A stretch of 55,332 bases of DNA from Schmidtea polychroa (Eukaryota): assembly GCA_044892525.1 (NCBI GenBank), contig CM097887.1:4278001-4333332 (forward strand). Direction: 5' to 3'. How positions within the stretch are numbered: the stretch's first letter is position 1; every line of letters starts with the position of its first letter. Under the pieces are notes generated by a model. The model was not told where the DNA came from and searched no databases. It saw only the letters and a list, made by a program, of their open reading frames with translations. Below are positions 1-13,717 of the stretch, in pieces. Position numbers and translations under genes: made by a program.

Positions 1-146
1 GGGTTAATGGCAATAGGGGACAAAGTTTAAAAGTTAAAAAAAGTGAAGAATATGGGGTAAAAAAGCATATAAATGTGGAAAATATGGGTCAATAGCGCTG
101 TTTTTTTTGAGGGTGGGGGTGCTGGGGTGCATAGATTCCTCACTAC

Positions 147-3062
147 TAACAACAGCTTTTCAACTTTACTTTCAGGCGGATAACAAAGCTCAGGAGCTAT
201 AGGTAAATCATCTAGTTTATCCTGTATACTATCAGGAATGACGATATCAACCTCCAAAACATATCCACGATCTCCATCAAACTCATCCCCATTTGCACAT
301 CTTTTAATAATACCATTCATTTCAGTCTGATCATTTATCCATCTAAATTCACCAACAGGAAGTTTTTGCGACAGAGCCCATCCATATAAATTATTAACAT
401 CTAGGTATGACATTTGTGTTGATACATCAGCTTCAACATGATGTTTGTTGATAAATGTCATTCCACCACGAATACCAGCTTCAAATAAACGGTAAAGCTC
501 TGGATCTTGAATAAGTTCTATCGGTTCAGGTAACTGTTTAATAGCTGATGCCCAACTTAATCCGGGTATGGAAACAAACGATAAAGCCTCAAGTCCATCT
601 TCGTCAAATGTTTTTTTCTCTGAAGGCTTCAAAAACATCGGCCAACAGAAAAACATCCAACTTGAGATATATTAGCATGTAATCTAGCAATGTCTCACAG
701 TTGTATTGTTGCCAGATTCGATTTGCATGTATATAATCTTCTTGACTAACTCCCTCCCAAATTACAGGTAATTCTGTTATTGACTGTAAAACATCCATTG
801 ATGTAGCCATATCATAAGGAAAAATGGTTTTACAAGTCATCATCTGTGATTCGAAAACATCTGAGGTCAGTGGAAGACATGGTAAATTTTTTGATAAATT
901 TGCCAAGCTGCTATTTAAAAATTGTAAAGAATCAATGAATCTAATTCTTCTGCCTTTCGATGTCGCTGTAAGTGTGAGAAACTTTTCTGTTGATTGTGGA
1001 ATAACATTTAAATTCCAATCGGGGAATTTTCCAATTGCATATTTTAATATATGATGAATGCCATATCTACGAAGATTGTGAAATACAACAGGTAAAGACG
1101 GATTAATTCTTCTAGCCAAATTACAATCTTGACATGCTGCTCCGAGATATTGACCGGTAAAATGATCATGATCTCGAACAGGTATATTGATAATCTTTTT
1201 ACAAAGGTAGCAATGAGTTTGGTTCGTAAATTCTTCCTGCTGTTCCCAAGTGAGTTCCATCATTTCATTCGATCCATTTATTTTATACCACGGATAAACT
1301 ATGTCTTTAGCTATATCATCCAATGCTTGTATAAACTGAATGATACAATTTTTCCCAACAAATGTTTCATTTCGAATCGGATGACCTTGATGAAGAAGCA
1401 CAAATTCAGATGCAATCGGTTCATGTTTTTGGAAGTGTTTGTCGTCTAGAGGTAATATTGATTCAAAGTCCGCGTACACAACAAACTGCTGTTTTATAGT
1501 TTTACTCCAGTCTTTAAATTCGATATATTTATTCTCTGGCATTGAGTATAGAGTCGTCCGCTCCACATTCTTCCTACAAAGACCTATATGTCTTTCAAAA
1601 GCAGGACGTTTTCGAAACCCGTGAAGACACGTATTACACCAATGTGATTGGATTCTGACTCCTTCTACTCTATCTCTGTAATTGAGCAGTCGATCGAGAT
1701 TGGTTACAGCCAAATAATGATAATTTAATTCTAAAATTTAGTTAATATTTTTAATGATTAAAAGAAATATTACCTTCTTCAATCAATAGGAGATATATCT
1801 GAGATCCCGTCGAAGTACTTCTATATACCAAGTCAACGAACGGATTCTTGAAAATATTTTCACTATTCTGTTTAATTGGATCTTTATTATATTTGAGAAC
1901 ATTGATCGCTAGTTTAGGATTCATTGCTTCAAATTGGCAAATGTTAACCAACTTCATTGGAAACCAATCTGATTTCCATTTTAACTCTAAATAAAATAAT
2001 ATATGTATAAATATAAATATATAAATATAAATATATATTACCACTTAAATTATATTTCATTACTCTTTCTCTGTGGTGTTTTATGTCATCATAATGTAAT
2101 ACAGCCAGTATGCCATGTAAAAAGCAGAATTGATCATTGTTGTGTACATTAACTAAAGCCAGACAGTTTTTCAGGTAATTTGGCGTTTTAATGTAACTTG
2201 AACCTAAGTAATCTCTTGATTTATATATATAATAATGTAAATAAACTTACCAGATACATGTATTATGTCTGATAATTTAGTTAAAATCATAGTAACTTCT
2301 AATATTTTATGAATTCTCCACCCACTACTTTGTTGAGTGTATTTCTCCAACTTTTCTTTTAATTTTTCAATTCCATCATTAATAAATGAAGATGACATTG
2401 TAATTGCTTTATTCGACAAACACCATTTTTTAATTTCACCATCCTCTTTGATAAACTCTGCACAAAGTCCAAATTGGATTTTTACTGTCCCCATTCGTTG
2501 AATATGATCTTCTATTTCTTTGATGAGACAATCTGGAAAAACAATGTCAGGAGAATTAATTGCAGATACATCGCTTGTCAATTCAACTCGAGAACCATTT
2601 AAGTCAGACTCCCGACGTGGACACAATTGTATGTTAGAGTCTCCATTTCGGTAAAATATTGACTTTCGTTTTGTGGTGCCAGAGTTTTGTCTAACTATAT
2701 TTATAATTAATATTAAACAACCTAAATAACATAACTTGTAACATATTCTTTAATCTGCTTAGGATCGTATAATGTATTCATTTTCGATTGTACTATAAAA
2801 AATTAATAATTGTTAATAGTAGAAGGAGTATTACTTTTAGTGATCATCCTGCTCTTCGTTTCTTCGAATCTTCTAAGATGGTGTCCGTGTTGTCGTACAA
2901 ACATTAACCACCTACCTGGTGTTATAATGAGACATTCCGGACATATGTAACCCGATAAGGTAGAGTCATTTATCTTGAAATATGATGATGTAACTGATTT
3001 ACAGTTCTCCACATCTTCATGACTTTCGGCAATACAAAATTTATATAAACTGCATCCGTTCA
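147..3062 (-). pseudogene. polB: Protein-primed family B DNA polymerase (Polinton/Maverick/adintovirus-type), spliced, frameshifted and 3'-truncated
   Basis: Motifs in order: QSSGW, SSYIKTP..ALVNVHNNDQFCF, FPMKL..FEAMN..INV, HYLAVTNLDRLL, C2H2-like CNTCLHGF..HIGLC, ExoI VYADFES, endonuclease-VII-like CYLC..DHDHFTG..AACQDCNL, ExoII FHNL, FIDS, ExoIII YLKLDV, GIRGG, motif A YLDVNNLYG. Exons 3062-2835, 2792-2736, 2694-2251, 2203-2042, 1986-1774, 1730-~147. There is a +1 A in a run near 612-618, and similarity stops at ~147 before motifs B and C. Confidence 0.9.
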
Positions 3063-3185
3063 CTAAAAGAAAATAATCATTAATATTAGATAGAGAATAA
3101 AAAAATTATTCACTTATATAAGTTAAATTAAATGTTTAATGACAAACATTTGAAAAGTTACTGCTTATATATTACACATGATTAA

Positions 3186-3267
3186 ATTCTGACCAATCAA
3201 AATCAAGGAAGGGGTAGGAAAAATAAATATATTCTGACCAATCAAAATCAAGGAAGGGGTAGGAAAA
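3186..3267. repeat. Two-copy direct repeat, 45-bp period, upstream of polB
   Basis: attctgaccaatcaaaatcaaggaaggggtaggaaaa at 3186 and 3231. Confidence 0.85.
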
Positions 3268-4178
3268 TTAAATACATTACGTTGCGGTATTTTAAAACTT
3301 AAATATATTTTAAAAACACATTTTGACACTGAAGTTGATTTATTTAAAATTTTCATAATTTCCATTAATTTCATGATTATTTTCAATATTTTCATGATTG
3401 TTTTCTCCAGAATCTTATTTTATTTACAAATTATTATTACTATTACTATTATTATTATTATTTTTATTATTTATATTATTATTATAATTATTTTAATTAT
3501 TTATATTATTATTATTAATATNNNNNNNNNNNNNNNNNNNNNNNNNNNNNNNNNNNNNNNNNNNNNNNNNNNNNNNNNNNNNNNNNNNNNNNNNNNNNNN
3601 NNNNNNNNNNNNNNNNNNNNNNNNNNNNNNNNNNNNNNNNNNNNNNNNNNNNNNNNNNNNNNNNNNNNNNNNNNNNNNNNNNNNNNNNNNNNNNNNNNNN
3701 NNNNNNNNNNNNNNNNNNNNNNNNNNNNNNNNNNNNNNNNNNNNNNNNNNNNNNNNNNNNNNNNNNNNNNNNNNNNNNNNNNNNNNNNNNNNNNNNNNNN
3801 NNNNNNNNNNNNNNNNNNNNNNNNNNNNNNNNNNNNNNNNNNNNNNNNNNNNNNNNNNNNNNNNNNNNNNNNNNNNNNNNNNNNNNNNNNNNNNNNNNNN
3901 NNNNNNNNNNNNNNNNNNNNNNNNNNNNNNNNNNNNNNNNNNNNNNNNNNNNNNNNNNNNNNNNNNNNNNNNNNNNNNNNNNNNNNNNNNNNNNNNNNNN
4001 NNNNNNNNNNNNNNNNNNNNNNNNNNNNNNNNNNNNNNNNNNNNNNNNNNNNNNNNNNNNNNNNNNNNNNNNNNNNNNNNNNNNNNNNNNNNNNNNNNNN
4101 NNNNNNNNNNNNNNNNNNNNNNNNNNNNNNNNNNNNNNNNNNNNNTTAAAAATAATATTAATATTAAAAAAAATCAGG

Positions 4179-4545
4179 AAAACATGTGTGTATTATACAT
4201 AAAACAAGATACATAGTTTGTAACCAATTATAACTATAGAAAATTAAATTTTATCTATATATTATATGAATAAAATTTCAAGAAAATTAAGTTAAAAGTA
4301 TGAAAAATACAAATTTATTGTAAAAACATGTGTGAATTACACACAAAACAAGATACATAAATTTTAATCAAGCTATTTTATAGAAAATTAAATTTTATCT
4401 ATATATTATATGAATAAAATTTCAAGAAAATTACGTTAACCACGCGGAAAAATACAAATGTATTGAAAAAGCATGTGTGTATTACTGACAAAGAAACAAA
4501 CTGAAATTGTCATTGTGCCATTTTGTAGAAAATTAAATTCTGCCT
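4179..4545. repeat. ~144-bp tandem repeat, about 2.5 diverged units
   Basis: catgtgtg anchors at 4183, 4327 and 4472, with shared atagaaaattaaatt blocks. Confidence 0.75.
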
Positions 4546-4611
4546 ATACATTGTTACACTTAAAACCAGATTGGACCTGTTAAAAGCGACAAAAAAGAGA
4601 AAAAACAGTAG

Positions 4612-5206
4612 AGTAGATGGATTGGTCACCGCGAAAACAGGTCACCGCTGGACCCCCCGCCCGTGTATAATAATGATAATAATAATATTTATATTTACTA
4701 GGCTTTAAAATAAGCTATCGATTAATAAAATCGGATGATGGGATCACTAACTTGTTGCATTACCAAAAGTAGGTCTCCGTTGGAACAAAGACATTAGAAA
4801 TAATAATATTTTTAAAAATAATAATAATTATATATCATTTAACAAGGTCTTGGAAAAATGTTAATAACTTTGTCAATATTAAAGATGGTGATGACAACAA
4901 TAGCTCATTCGAAAGGTAATGCACCAAGCTTCAAAATAAGCTATCGATCAATTAAATAAGTTGATCGTCTTTGATCGATGTCTTTGTTCTCAAGTCGAGC
5001 TTGAATGTTTGATGAGTCATCGGATGAGTCATATGTCTTTGTTCTCAAGTCTACCTTGAATGCTTGATGAATCATCGGATGAGTCATATGTCTTTGTTCT
5101 CAAGTTGAAAAAAAAATTTTTAAAAATTTTTCCGGCCGGGGGGTGGGGGTAAAAAATGTCTTTGTGCTGGCGGTGACCTGTTTTCGCGGTGCCCAATCCA
5201 TCTACT
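4612..5206. mobile_element. MITE with ~36-bp terminal inverted repeats
   Basis: agtagatggattggtcaccgcgaaaacaggtcaccgc at the left and its near-perfect reverse complement ending at 5206. Internal ~48-bp tandem repeat at ~4978-5104. No clear TSD. Confidence 0.85.
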
Positions 5207-5601
5207 AACGTTTTCTAAGCAACAGTGCCGATGTGTTCAACACTATTCTCAACGACATTGTGGTTTTCTGGCCACCTGGATGACCATTTACAAACTCTTT
5301 ACAAACATTTGCTGAGTTTGTAACTGTGATTTAGAAAATAAATATAAAAATTATATGTTCTTTTTTAATTTAATTTTTGGGGGTAAGATAACACGGAAGT
5401 ACCAAACTCAGTCTGCCGGATATTTAATGAATAGTATGCAAAATGGGAATTTCAATTAAAAATCTAATTAATAATGAATGTATTGATGAACGTGTCAGGC
5501 CATATGGAGAATTGTAAAATAATAATAAGATAAATTAAAACTCGTGTAAGTGAAAGATACCTGAAACATAATTATGCCTTTATGAATTATATTATTAAAG
5601 T

Positions 5602-6423
5602 TGTTGAGTTTTTATTTGTAAGTCGGTCCTTTCTCTGACTCCTCGTGTCCTTATTTTACCAAATCAATGAGAACTCAACACAGAATAACTTTATTCGCTT
5701 TTTATCACAATTACAATTTTTCACTATTTGCACCTTTCTCTCAATTTAAATTTGGTTCGCTAAGGTAAGAAACCAAAGGGGCAATTACCTTTTCTTCTAC
5801 GAGTCTAGCTTCTTTATAATTCACAAATTTCCTCTTTTGACTTGTCCTTGCTGGATTTTCTGTTTAGCTTTTTCCTTTTTCTCTTCGACCAAATGGCGGC
5901 TTGCTCATTTCTAAGCTCTCCTTTTATACTGTGTCTAAGAGGCCAATTATCTAGCAAAATGAAATTAATTGTTTCCCCGGACACCCTAAGTAAATTTTGA
6001 AAGGTTCGACAATTATTTTAATTTACTTACCCTGCAATTATAATTCGGATTATTATTACCTTATCTGGTGTCTCGGTTCTCACTGCGCATCGGGTTTTCT
6101 TCAGTGCTCGAGTTTCCCATTGGCTCGGGCTTTCCATTACAGATTAATTAATTTTAATTAATTTGTTTTTCTTTATTAACTTTTTCTATGATCACCCTAT
6201 TACATTTTTATTATGCTGTCTAACCTCGTCTAACAATTTGGCATTCATCCATACCCGATTCCCCCGTTCAATATTGATTTTTAATTTTCATTAAATTTTA
6301 ATTAATTTTGTACTTATATTGATTTAACCAATTTTTGTTCTGCTTTCTGGTACCATGTGAAATTTATTTTGATTTTGCTCTAACCCCAACATATCTCCCC
6401 TTTAATTTAGATTCGTCCTCGAA
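5602..6423 (-). mobile_element. 3' LTR (5602-6391, 790 bp) plus PPT and short internal stub of a related Ty3/Gypsy family
   Basis: TGTT...AACA termini. PPT AAAGGGGAGATA (6392-6403) matches the large element's PPT. TTCGAGGACGAA motif at 6412-6423. Shares the U5 block ctctgactcc.cgtgt.cc and gctcggg..ttcccatt repeats. Confidence 0.85.
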
Positions 6424-6508
6424 TCTATTCGATTTTTAAATAATTATTAAGATGGTAGAGTATTGATAATAATAATATTAATAATAATAATAGTAACAAT
6501 AACAATAA

Positions 6509-7103
6509 GTTAATAAGGAAAAACAAATTAATTATAAATAATTAATCTGTAATGGAAAGCCCGAGCCAATGGAAAGCTCGAGCCCATGGGAAACTCGAGC
6601 ACTGAAGAAAACCCGATGCGCAGTGAGAACCGAGACACCAGATAAGGTAATAATAATCCGAATTATAATTGCAGGGTAAGTAAATTAAAATAATTGTCAA
6701 ACCTTTCAAAATTTACTTAGGGTGCCCGGGAAAACAATTAATTTCATTCGGCTAGATAATTGGCCTCTTAGACACAGTATAAAAGGAGAGCTTAGAAATG
6801 AGCAAGCCGCCATTTGGTCGAAGAGAAAAAGGAAAAAGCTAAACAGAAAATCTAGCAAGGACAAGTCAAAAGAGGAAATTTGTGAATTATAAAGAAGCTA
6901 GACTCGTAGAAGAAAAGGTAATTGCCCTTGGGTTTCTTACCTTAGCGAACCAAATTTAAATTGAGAGAAAGGTGCAAATAGTGAAAAATTGTAATTGTGA
7001 TAAAAAGCGAATAAAGTTATTCTGTGTTGAGTTCTCATTGATTTGGTAAAATAAGGACACGAGGAGTCAGAGAAAGGACCGACTTACAAATAAAAACTCA
7101 ACA
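6509..7103 (+). mobile_element. 5'-truncated inverted copy of the same LTR
   Basis: Reverse complement of ~5602-6180; ends ...aaactcaaca at 7103 with the same flank (acttt/aaagt). Confidence 0.85.
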
Positions 7104-7301
7104 ACTTTAATAATATAATTCATAAAGGCATAATTATGTTTCAGGTATCTTTCACTTACACGAGTTTTAATTTATCTTATTATTATTTTACAATTCTCCA
7201 TATGGCCTGACACGTTCATCAATACATTCATTATTAATTAGATTTTTAATTGAAATTCCCATTTTGCATACTATTCATTAAATATCCGGCAGACTGAGTT
7301 T

Positions 7302-7668
7302 GGTACTTCCGTGTTATCTTACCCCCAAAAATTAAATTAAAAAAGAACACATATAATTTTTATATTTATTTTCTAAATCACAGTTACAAACTCAGCAAAT
7401 GTTTGTAAAGAGTTTGTAAATGGTCATCCAGGTGGCCAGAAAACCACAATGTCGTTGAGAATAGTGTTGAACACATCGGCACTGTTGCTTAGAAAACGTT
7501 TGCGCCACATAAACTCACATAATCACATAAATCACAGATAGCCTTAATAAATTCATGTTCAATAATGTTCAATAACGTCATCAATAATGAATTCTCTCAT
7601 TTTTTATATTGTTATTTTAATTGTATTTTATAATTTAATTTTTGGCGGTAAGATAACACGGAAGTACC
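7302..7668. mobile_element. MITE with GGTACTTCCGTGTTATCTTACC terminal inverted repeats
   Basis: TIR pair at 7302 and 7668; half of it is duplicated at 5207-5403. No TSD seen. Confidence 0.7.
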
Positions 7669-8498
7669 CAAATAATATTTAATTAATCAATATTTAAATA
7701 ACATCTGATAAAAATATACTAAAAATTTAAAAATATACTAAAAATACAAAAATGAAAAAAAACCAAATTTCAAAAACAGATCAAAGGTCACCAAAAAAAT
7801 AATGGGAAAAGGTTCAAAATAATTCAAAATAATTAACTAAATTTATTAACATGAATTTGAATGTTATTGAAAGCCAGAAATTTTTTTATTGAAATAAATA
7901 TTATAAAATTTAATTGTTGTTTAGAATGTTTTGATTTCATTATTACAATAATAACAAAGCTAGGTTTCATGCTCATGGGTTTCTACCTCACCTATCATGG
8001 TTACACAACCTTTAGCGTACCACCTGGTATATACTTGTAAACAACTTTGGTAAAGTGACGTAAGTGGTTGTCAGTAAAAGGTGAACTTTGTTTTTGAAAC
8101 TGAATTAAAAAAAATTGAATGCCAATATTCAATATATTCGTAGGTAAATCTGATAATTCCATTAGGTGAGCTTTGAAAACTGATAACACCAAAATATATA
8201 AAAAACAAAAAGAGTGATGTTGATGGGATAATATATCCGGTATAAGGATGCAGGGATGCCATGTTCAACAAGCCGCTCTGTTGATGATTGTAATAATGAC
8301 TTTTCGAAATCTACGGATTTAACTGTATGTCACATAGAACTGGAACATACCGATGAGAAATCCATACCAGGCTTTCCACAAATTGTTGCAATTCCAGATT
8401 TTTGAGCACATTCTTTGAATTAAAAAGATGGAAATGTTCGAAAAAGTATGTACATATGAATATTAAAATGTCTTAATTTACTTAATTTAACAATGTAT

Positions 8499-8735
8499 CA
8501 GTGGCGTAACTAGTGGACGCAGGACCCTGCGTTGCGGGGGCCCAAAATTATTACTAAAAAAATATTTACAATCATTTTCTGAAACTTTTTCCCGCAGTTA
8601 TATTTGCCTACAAACATAAAACTATCATAGAATAGCGGCTGCTGTGAATAACTCTGTATTAAACTTTAACCGAAACATTTAAGTGGAAATATTTTACATT
8701 GCGCGGTGGTCCCAAATTTTGAAGTTCCGCCACTG
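8499..8735. mobile_element. hAT-type MITE
   Basis: CAGTGGCGTAACT...AGTTCCGCCACTG termini; 8-bp TSD caatgtat/caatgaat (7/8 match). Confidence 0.85.
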
Positions 8736-11354
8736 CAATGAATTTACAACTCAACTATTAAATTAATATATTTATTAATTGGAAAGTCAAAGTCACTTCA
8801 TTATTTACTAAGAAAATGTATAACTAATCCTAAAAATATACGTATAATTATATATATAAATAACAAGAATAAAAGTTTATTGGTTTAATTCAAAATTTGC
8901 AATTGCTAAACCAATATTAAAACAATACAAAATGATTTATTTAAATAAAAATGATCACAGAGATGAATATATTGATGTTATTATAAATTTATGTATAATA
9001 ATAAAAAATATTTGATCTTTTGTCAAAATGAAAATAAAAAACATGATCTCGTCATTTTGCTTTTTCATCTATGAAAATATGAAACGAAATTTTTATTTCA
9101 TGTTTTCTTACATTTTACAAGTACATTTTTAACAGTTAAAAGAATTTATCTTTAAATAGTAAAGGGATAAAAATTCGGTATTTTATAAAAAAATATAAAA
9201 AATGACCGACTGGTGGCCGCACAAACTTCGTAACCATAAAAAGTTAAAACCCATTGCCCTGGACCATGAATGTGAATTATTTATATATTATTATGCAAAA
9301 TTAGTAATGAAAATAATGTTACAATAAGCTTAATGAATAAAAATTGGCCCGTCTTTCATTTCTGAAGATTCTCAATGGCCAATACCCCTGGGAATCTTTC
9401 AGGCAAGATTAATTTGGACTTTCATCAACTTTGAATGAAATTTTTATTGTGCAAACAATTATTTTTATTTTAATACAATACAAATTTAATACAGTTATAT
9501 TTTGATGGATTATTATAAAATTTTATAACAATGAATAAAAATGTATCGGTTCAATGAACTTGAAATTCCTGATGGAATGCCCTCTCATGGGATTTTGATA
9601 GCGTAATCATATAAAGAAACGATGTAAAATATGAAATTGCAATTAATAAATTCAACACAAATATTAATTACTCCAGATTATTAATGAATAATGGGACTGT
9701 TGGAGATTCCCCCACCCCCACTATTCTTATCGTTAATGTCTTCTTGCGCTTTTCCCTCATGCAATTTGTTGTCAATTTAAAACTATTAGTAGGTTTGAGA
9801 TAATCTATATTTAACCAGTTGTCTTGTTTCTAACTTAACCCAAGATACAAAATGTTTTACCATTCGACATCCGTTGCGCGCACCACTCTGGTAATGTGTT
9901 GCAAGGGGGAATAATCACGAAAAATGAGCTCATCTCCATGCATTGTAATCGGCATGTATTCGAGCGGATCATTCGCGGATTACTGATAGAATGTAACCCA
10001 GATGTTGCCAAAACTATTTTATTCAAAAAATTTTATTCTTGTACTATCATAGAACTAAATACCGCAGTGTATACAAAATCAAGAATAAACAAAGAAGTTA
10101 ACTGGTCAAGACTTGTAATTGTGATGTGCTAAACACATTCTTATTATAGATATCTCTAAATAACTAGCGTATGCAAAATAAAAAAAAATATAAGGAGCAT
10201 TCTTTTAAAAGGACGGTGGCAACATTTGGGTTAAGCCTTTTGCTACGATTAATATATATGTAATACAAATGAAAATATTTTCAACTATAAGATGGCCCTT
10301 GTCAATTTCATGGAATTTAGTTTCTTCCATTTTCAAAATGCTTTTTTATCTTCTCTTTTATTTCATTTTTCTTACTTCTCATAGGTTAAAAATCATAATA
10401 AACTTTTTCTGAAGAATTTAAAAATTTCGACAAAATCGACAATATGAAACTTTGTGACATCCAATAAGAGCCAAGATTTTAAAATTAAGAGGTAAAATTT
10501 AAAACAAGTGACATTTTATTGATCAACTGTTCCACCTCGAACAGCGACTGAAATATAAAAGGTTTTGGGGAATTGTATCAATGCTACATAACGCGCAGCC
10601 AACAGATTCCGATGCGATGAAGATGTTCAAGGTAAAGGTTCAACGATTGTCGTGGTCATCATCCACAATAGTGCAATGAGGCGACTAAATTTGAAGCAAA
10701 TCGTTCAACCGCTTTACGATAAATCACGAAAATAATTCCATTTATTTATGGAGTTATTGCATAGGCTGACCGTGTAAATAGATTGGCAAATCTGAATGAA
10801 TGCCACGTAAAAATATCTCGACGAGAGGCATGCAGTCATGGCAAATACGTTACCCACAAACTCCTCTGGATCAAGAGGTATACCCAATGGTATCAGTAGG
10901 TAAAGAAGAGTGGAAAGATACAGAATGTTGAGTTTGGCATATATATTCAATTTACAATATATTCTTTGCACGAGGATCGAATTGAACAGAGGGACTACCT
11001 CAAGGTGGATAAACAATCATTAGGAGGCTCATTATGTACACACAAGTTCCAATTCGATATACAAAAGTTTCGATATTAATGAGAATGTTTTATTGTTGGA
11101 TGAATAGAATTAGTAGTAATATTTATTAGATAGGGATGCTTATAGAAACTATGAGTAAGGCATTAATAATAAATATTTATTCCCGATACCATTTATTAGC
11201 CAACCTATCATTCCTTATATTGTCCTGCAAGTTTGCCGAATATTGTTCAATCGGCTCCCAAAAGGAAGAAATAGTTTAACAATCAAATATACAAAATTTG
11301 AAGAATCAAAAGGTCGCTGTATGAAACAAACGCGACAAATTGAATATATAAAAG

Positions 11355-11883
11355 TGTGTCCCTACCCTAACCCTCATTATAAAATGTAACAAATGGATAA
11401 AGTACTATAAGTCCCACGAGGAAGGGTCCAATGAACTGTGTATTGAGATATGTACTGAGAGGTAGCCAACCTATGGGAATAGAAGGAAACGAAAACAGAG
11501 GCTTGAAAACAGAGGCCCAATTATCATCCTGAAGCGGGAGCCGGTCCTAAATTCAGCACGGTTGGTCCATACACAGGCCGTCCATTCAATCCAGGTTACC
11601 ATCAGTAACCTGCATCTTATCCAGGATGACACATGACGGGAGTATCTCGTGCGATATCGGGATAGAGAGATAGAAGCACCTGTGAGAGTATCGCGGAGAC
11701 GGGAGGAGCCACATCGAAAATGTAAGAGACCGCGAGGTAGCCAGCTTTAATTAGATGACATTTCGTTTTTCTTTGTGGCATGTCTAATGAAATTATGTAA
11801 TTATCTTGTATTAAAATTCATTTTAATTTAATTTTAGTAATAAAGCTGGTTGGAAATATTCGGGCCGATCATGAAGCCGCACA
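11355..11883 (+). mobile_element. Possible LTR of an unrelated family
   Basis: GC-richer ~530-bp block with TGTG...CACA ends and AATAAA ~40 bp from the 3' end. No TSD found. Confidence 0.35.
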
Positions 11884-12271
11884 ATTTCGACCAAAATGCG
11901 TCCGTTTATATACGCCGACTTTGCTGTAATTGCGCGCGCATGTGTGTGTGTTGATGCATTAAACAAAATCGAATTCTATTAAACCAATTTGTTTTATGAT
12001 TTAATTTTAATCTATTTTAATGGCTAATTTTGAATATTTAATTAATTTCTGAATTTTTATATTTTATCTAATTTTTATTAATTGCGACTCCATGTTGGAT
12101 TTCGTATTTTTCGGGAATATTTTATTGATTTTGATTGTTTTTTCATTTTCATAATTTCTATTTCGTTTATTTTATACTATTTTTATGAATATTTCATTCC
12201 TAATTCTTATTTTCATTTATCGACATGAATTAGAATTTGTGTTAACTTTGTTTTTTATTCTTATTTTATAC

Positions 12272-12341
<70 letters not shown>

Positions 12342-12349
12342 TTAATAAT
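12272..12349. repeat. (AAT)n microsatellite
   Basis: Direct inspection. Confidence 0.97.
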
Positions 12350-12469
12350 AAAGTTAAATCCATCTTTAAATTTCTCAGCAAAATCTTGAAACCAACAATA
12401 TATATTTAATCAAAGGATTTATAAATAATATGTTTTTAATTTTTCACAAAAGCCGCCACTCCAAATTAT

Positions 12470-13675
12470 TCAAACAAAAAGATATCTAACTCTCCCCTTC
12501 TTAAGACTTTTTCTACTTCTTCAGCCACTCGATTCTTCTTTCTTTCTTTTGTTCCTTTTAGTTCAACTTGATGAGGTGATAGAAATCTGACGATTTTATA
12601 TGGGCCATCGTATACCATTCTTGTGCCTGTTCTGCGGCTCTTTACGTACGAGTACCTCCTCCCCCACCTCGAAAACACGAGTGCCCCTCTTTGTCTTATC
12701 CATAGCTCTCATAGTGTCTGCGGCTTTACTCGAGTTAAATCTCGCGTCTTCGATTCTTTCGCTTCTTGATATCTCGGCTTGTTTCAGGTTAGAGTGTAGG
12801 TTAACACTCCGTCCATAAATTATCTCAAATGGTGATAAACCTGAAGCACTTTGTCGACTGCTATTTATAGTGAACTCTATTCCGGGTAGAAGTTTGTGCC
12901 AGTTTCTCTCTTCACATCCACCTGCCAATGTTGCTGTAATAAGATCTCTTATCGTTTGTATGGCTCGTTCGGCTAAACCATTTGATTGGCGCTGGTAAGG
13001 TGAGCTGAATTCCTATTTGATTCCAAGTTTCTGTAGCTTCTGTCTTAGGAAATTCCCTTCGACTTTGCGGTCTCTATCTGTTAAAATGCTCTTCGGTTTT
13101 CCAAATCGATAGATCCAACTATTAAGTATTGTTTGTCCCTTCGTCTTGCTTTGTGATTGCAGTTAAAGAAATCAGTTTGCTAAACCGGTCCACCATTACT
13201 ACAATATATTTTTTATGGCGTTTATTTCCATGTAAGCCACATCCATAACAATCTGTTCTAGGAATTCAGAGCTATATCTAGAAATAAATGTTTCATTGGT
13301 TCTTGTCTGATCGATCTTTCTCTTAGCGCAGATCTCGCAACATTGTAAACCAAGTTGGATTGTTTCTTGCATTTTCGGCCAATAAAATATCTTTTCCATA
13401 TAATGAAATAATTTCTTAACTCCAATGTGACATAGTTCTTCATGTAGGGTTGTTGTTAACAGGCCTGCAAATGTTTCTGGGACTAACATTAAGATATTTT
13501 TGTTCTTTTCTACTGTTATTAATCCTCCATCAATTCGTGTATTTTTTACGTTAAAAGGAAAACAATTCTTTTTCTCCCGTGTACATCCATTTTCTAATAT
13601 CTCTCGCAGTTCTCGAAACCGAATGTCCTTTTGTTGTTATTCACATACTTTTCCATAGCTTCTGTTCATTGGATA

Positions 13676-13717
<42 letters not shown>

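Larger units (their letters stand above)
5207..7500. repeat. Large inverted duplication (arms ~5207-6180 and ~6509-7500, spacer ~330 bp)
   Basis: The arms are reverse complements, with scattered substitutions, a 2-bp indel and one extra 17-bp repeat unit in the right arm. Confidence 0.92.

Noticed and set aside
1-4145. Complete Polinton/adintovirus genome
   Set aside because: Only polB is visible; there is no capsid, ATPase, protease, integrase or long TIR in the window.
10700-11060. GLPQGG as a non-LTR RT motif
   Set aside because: Isolated match amid stops, with no YADD or other RT motifs nearby.
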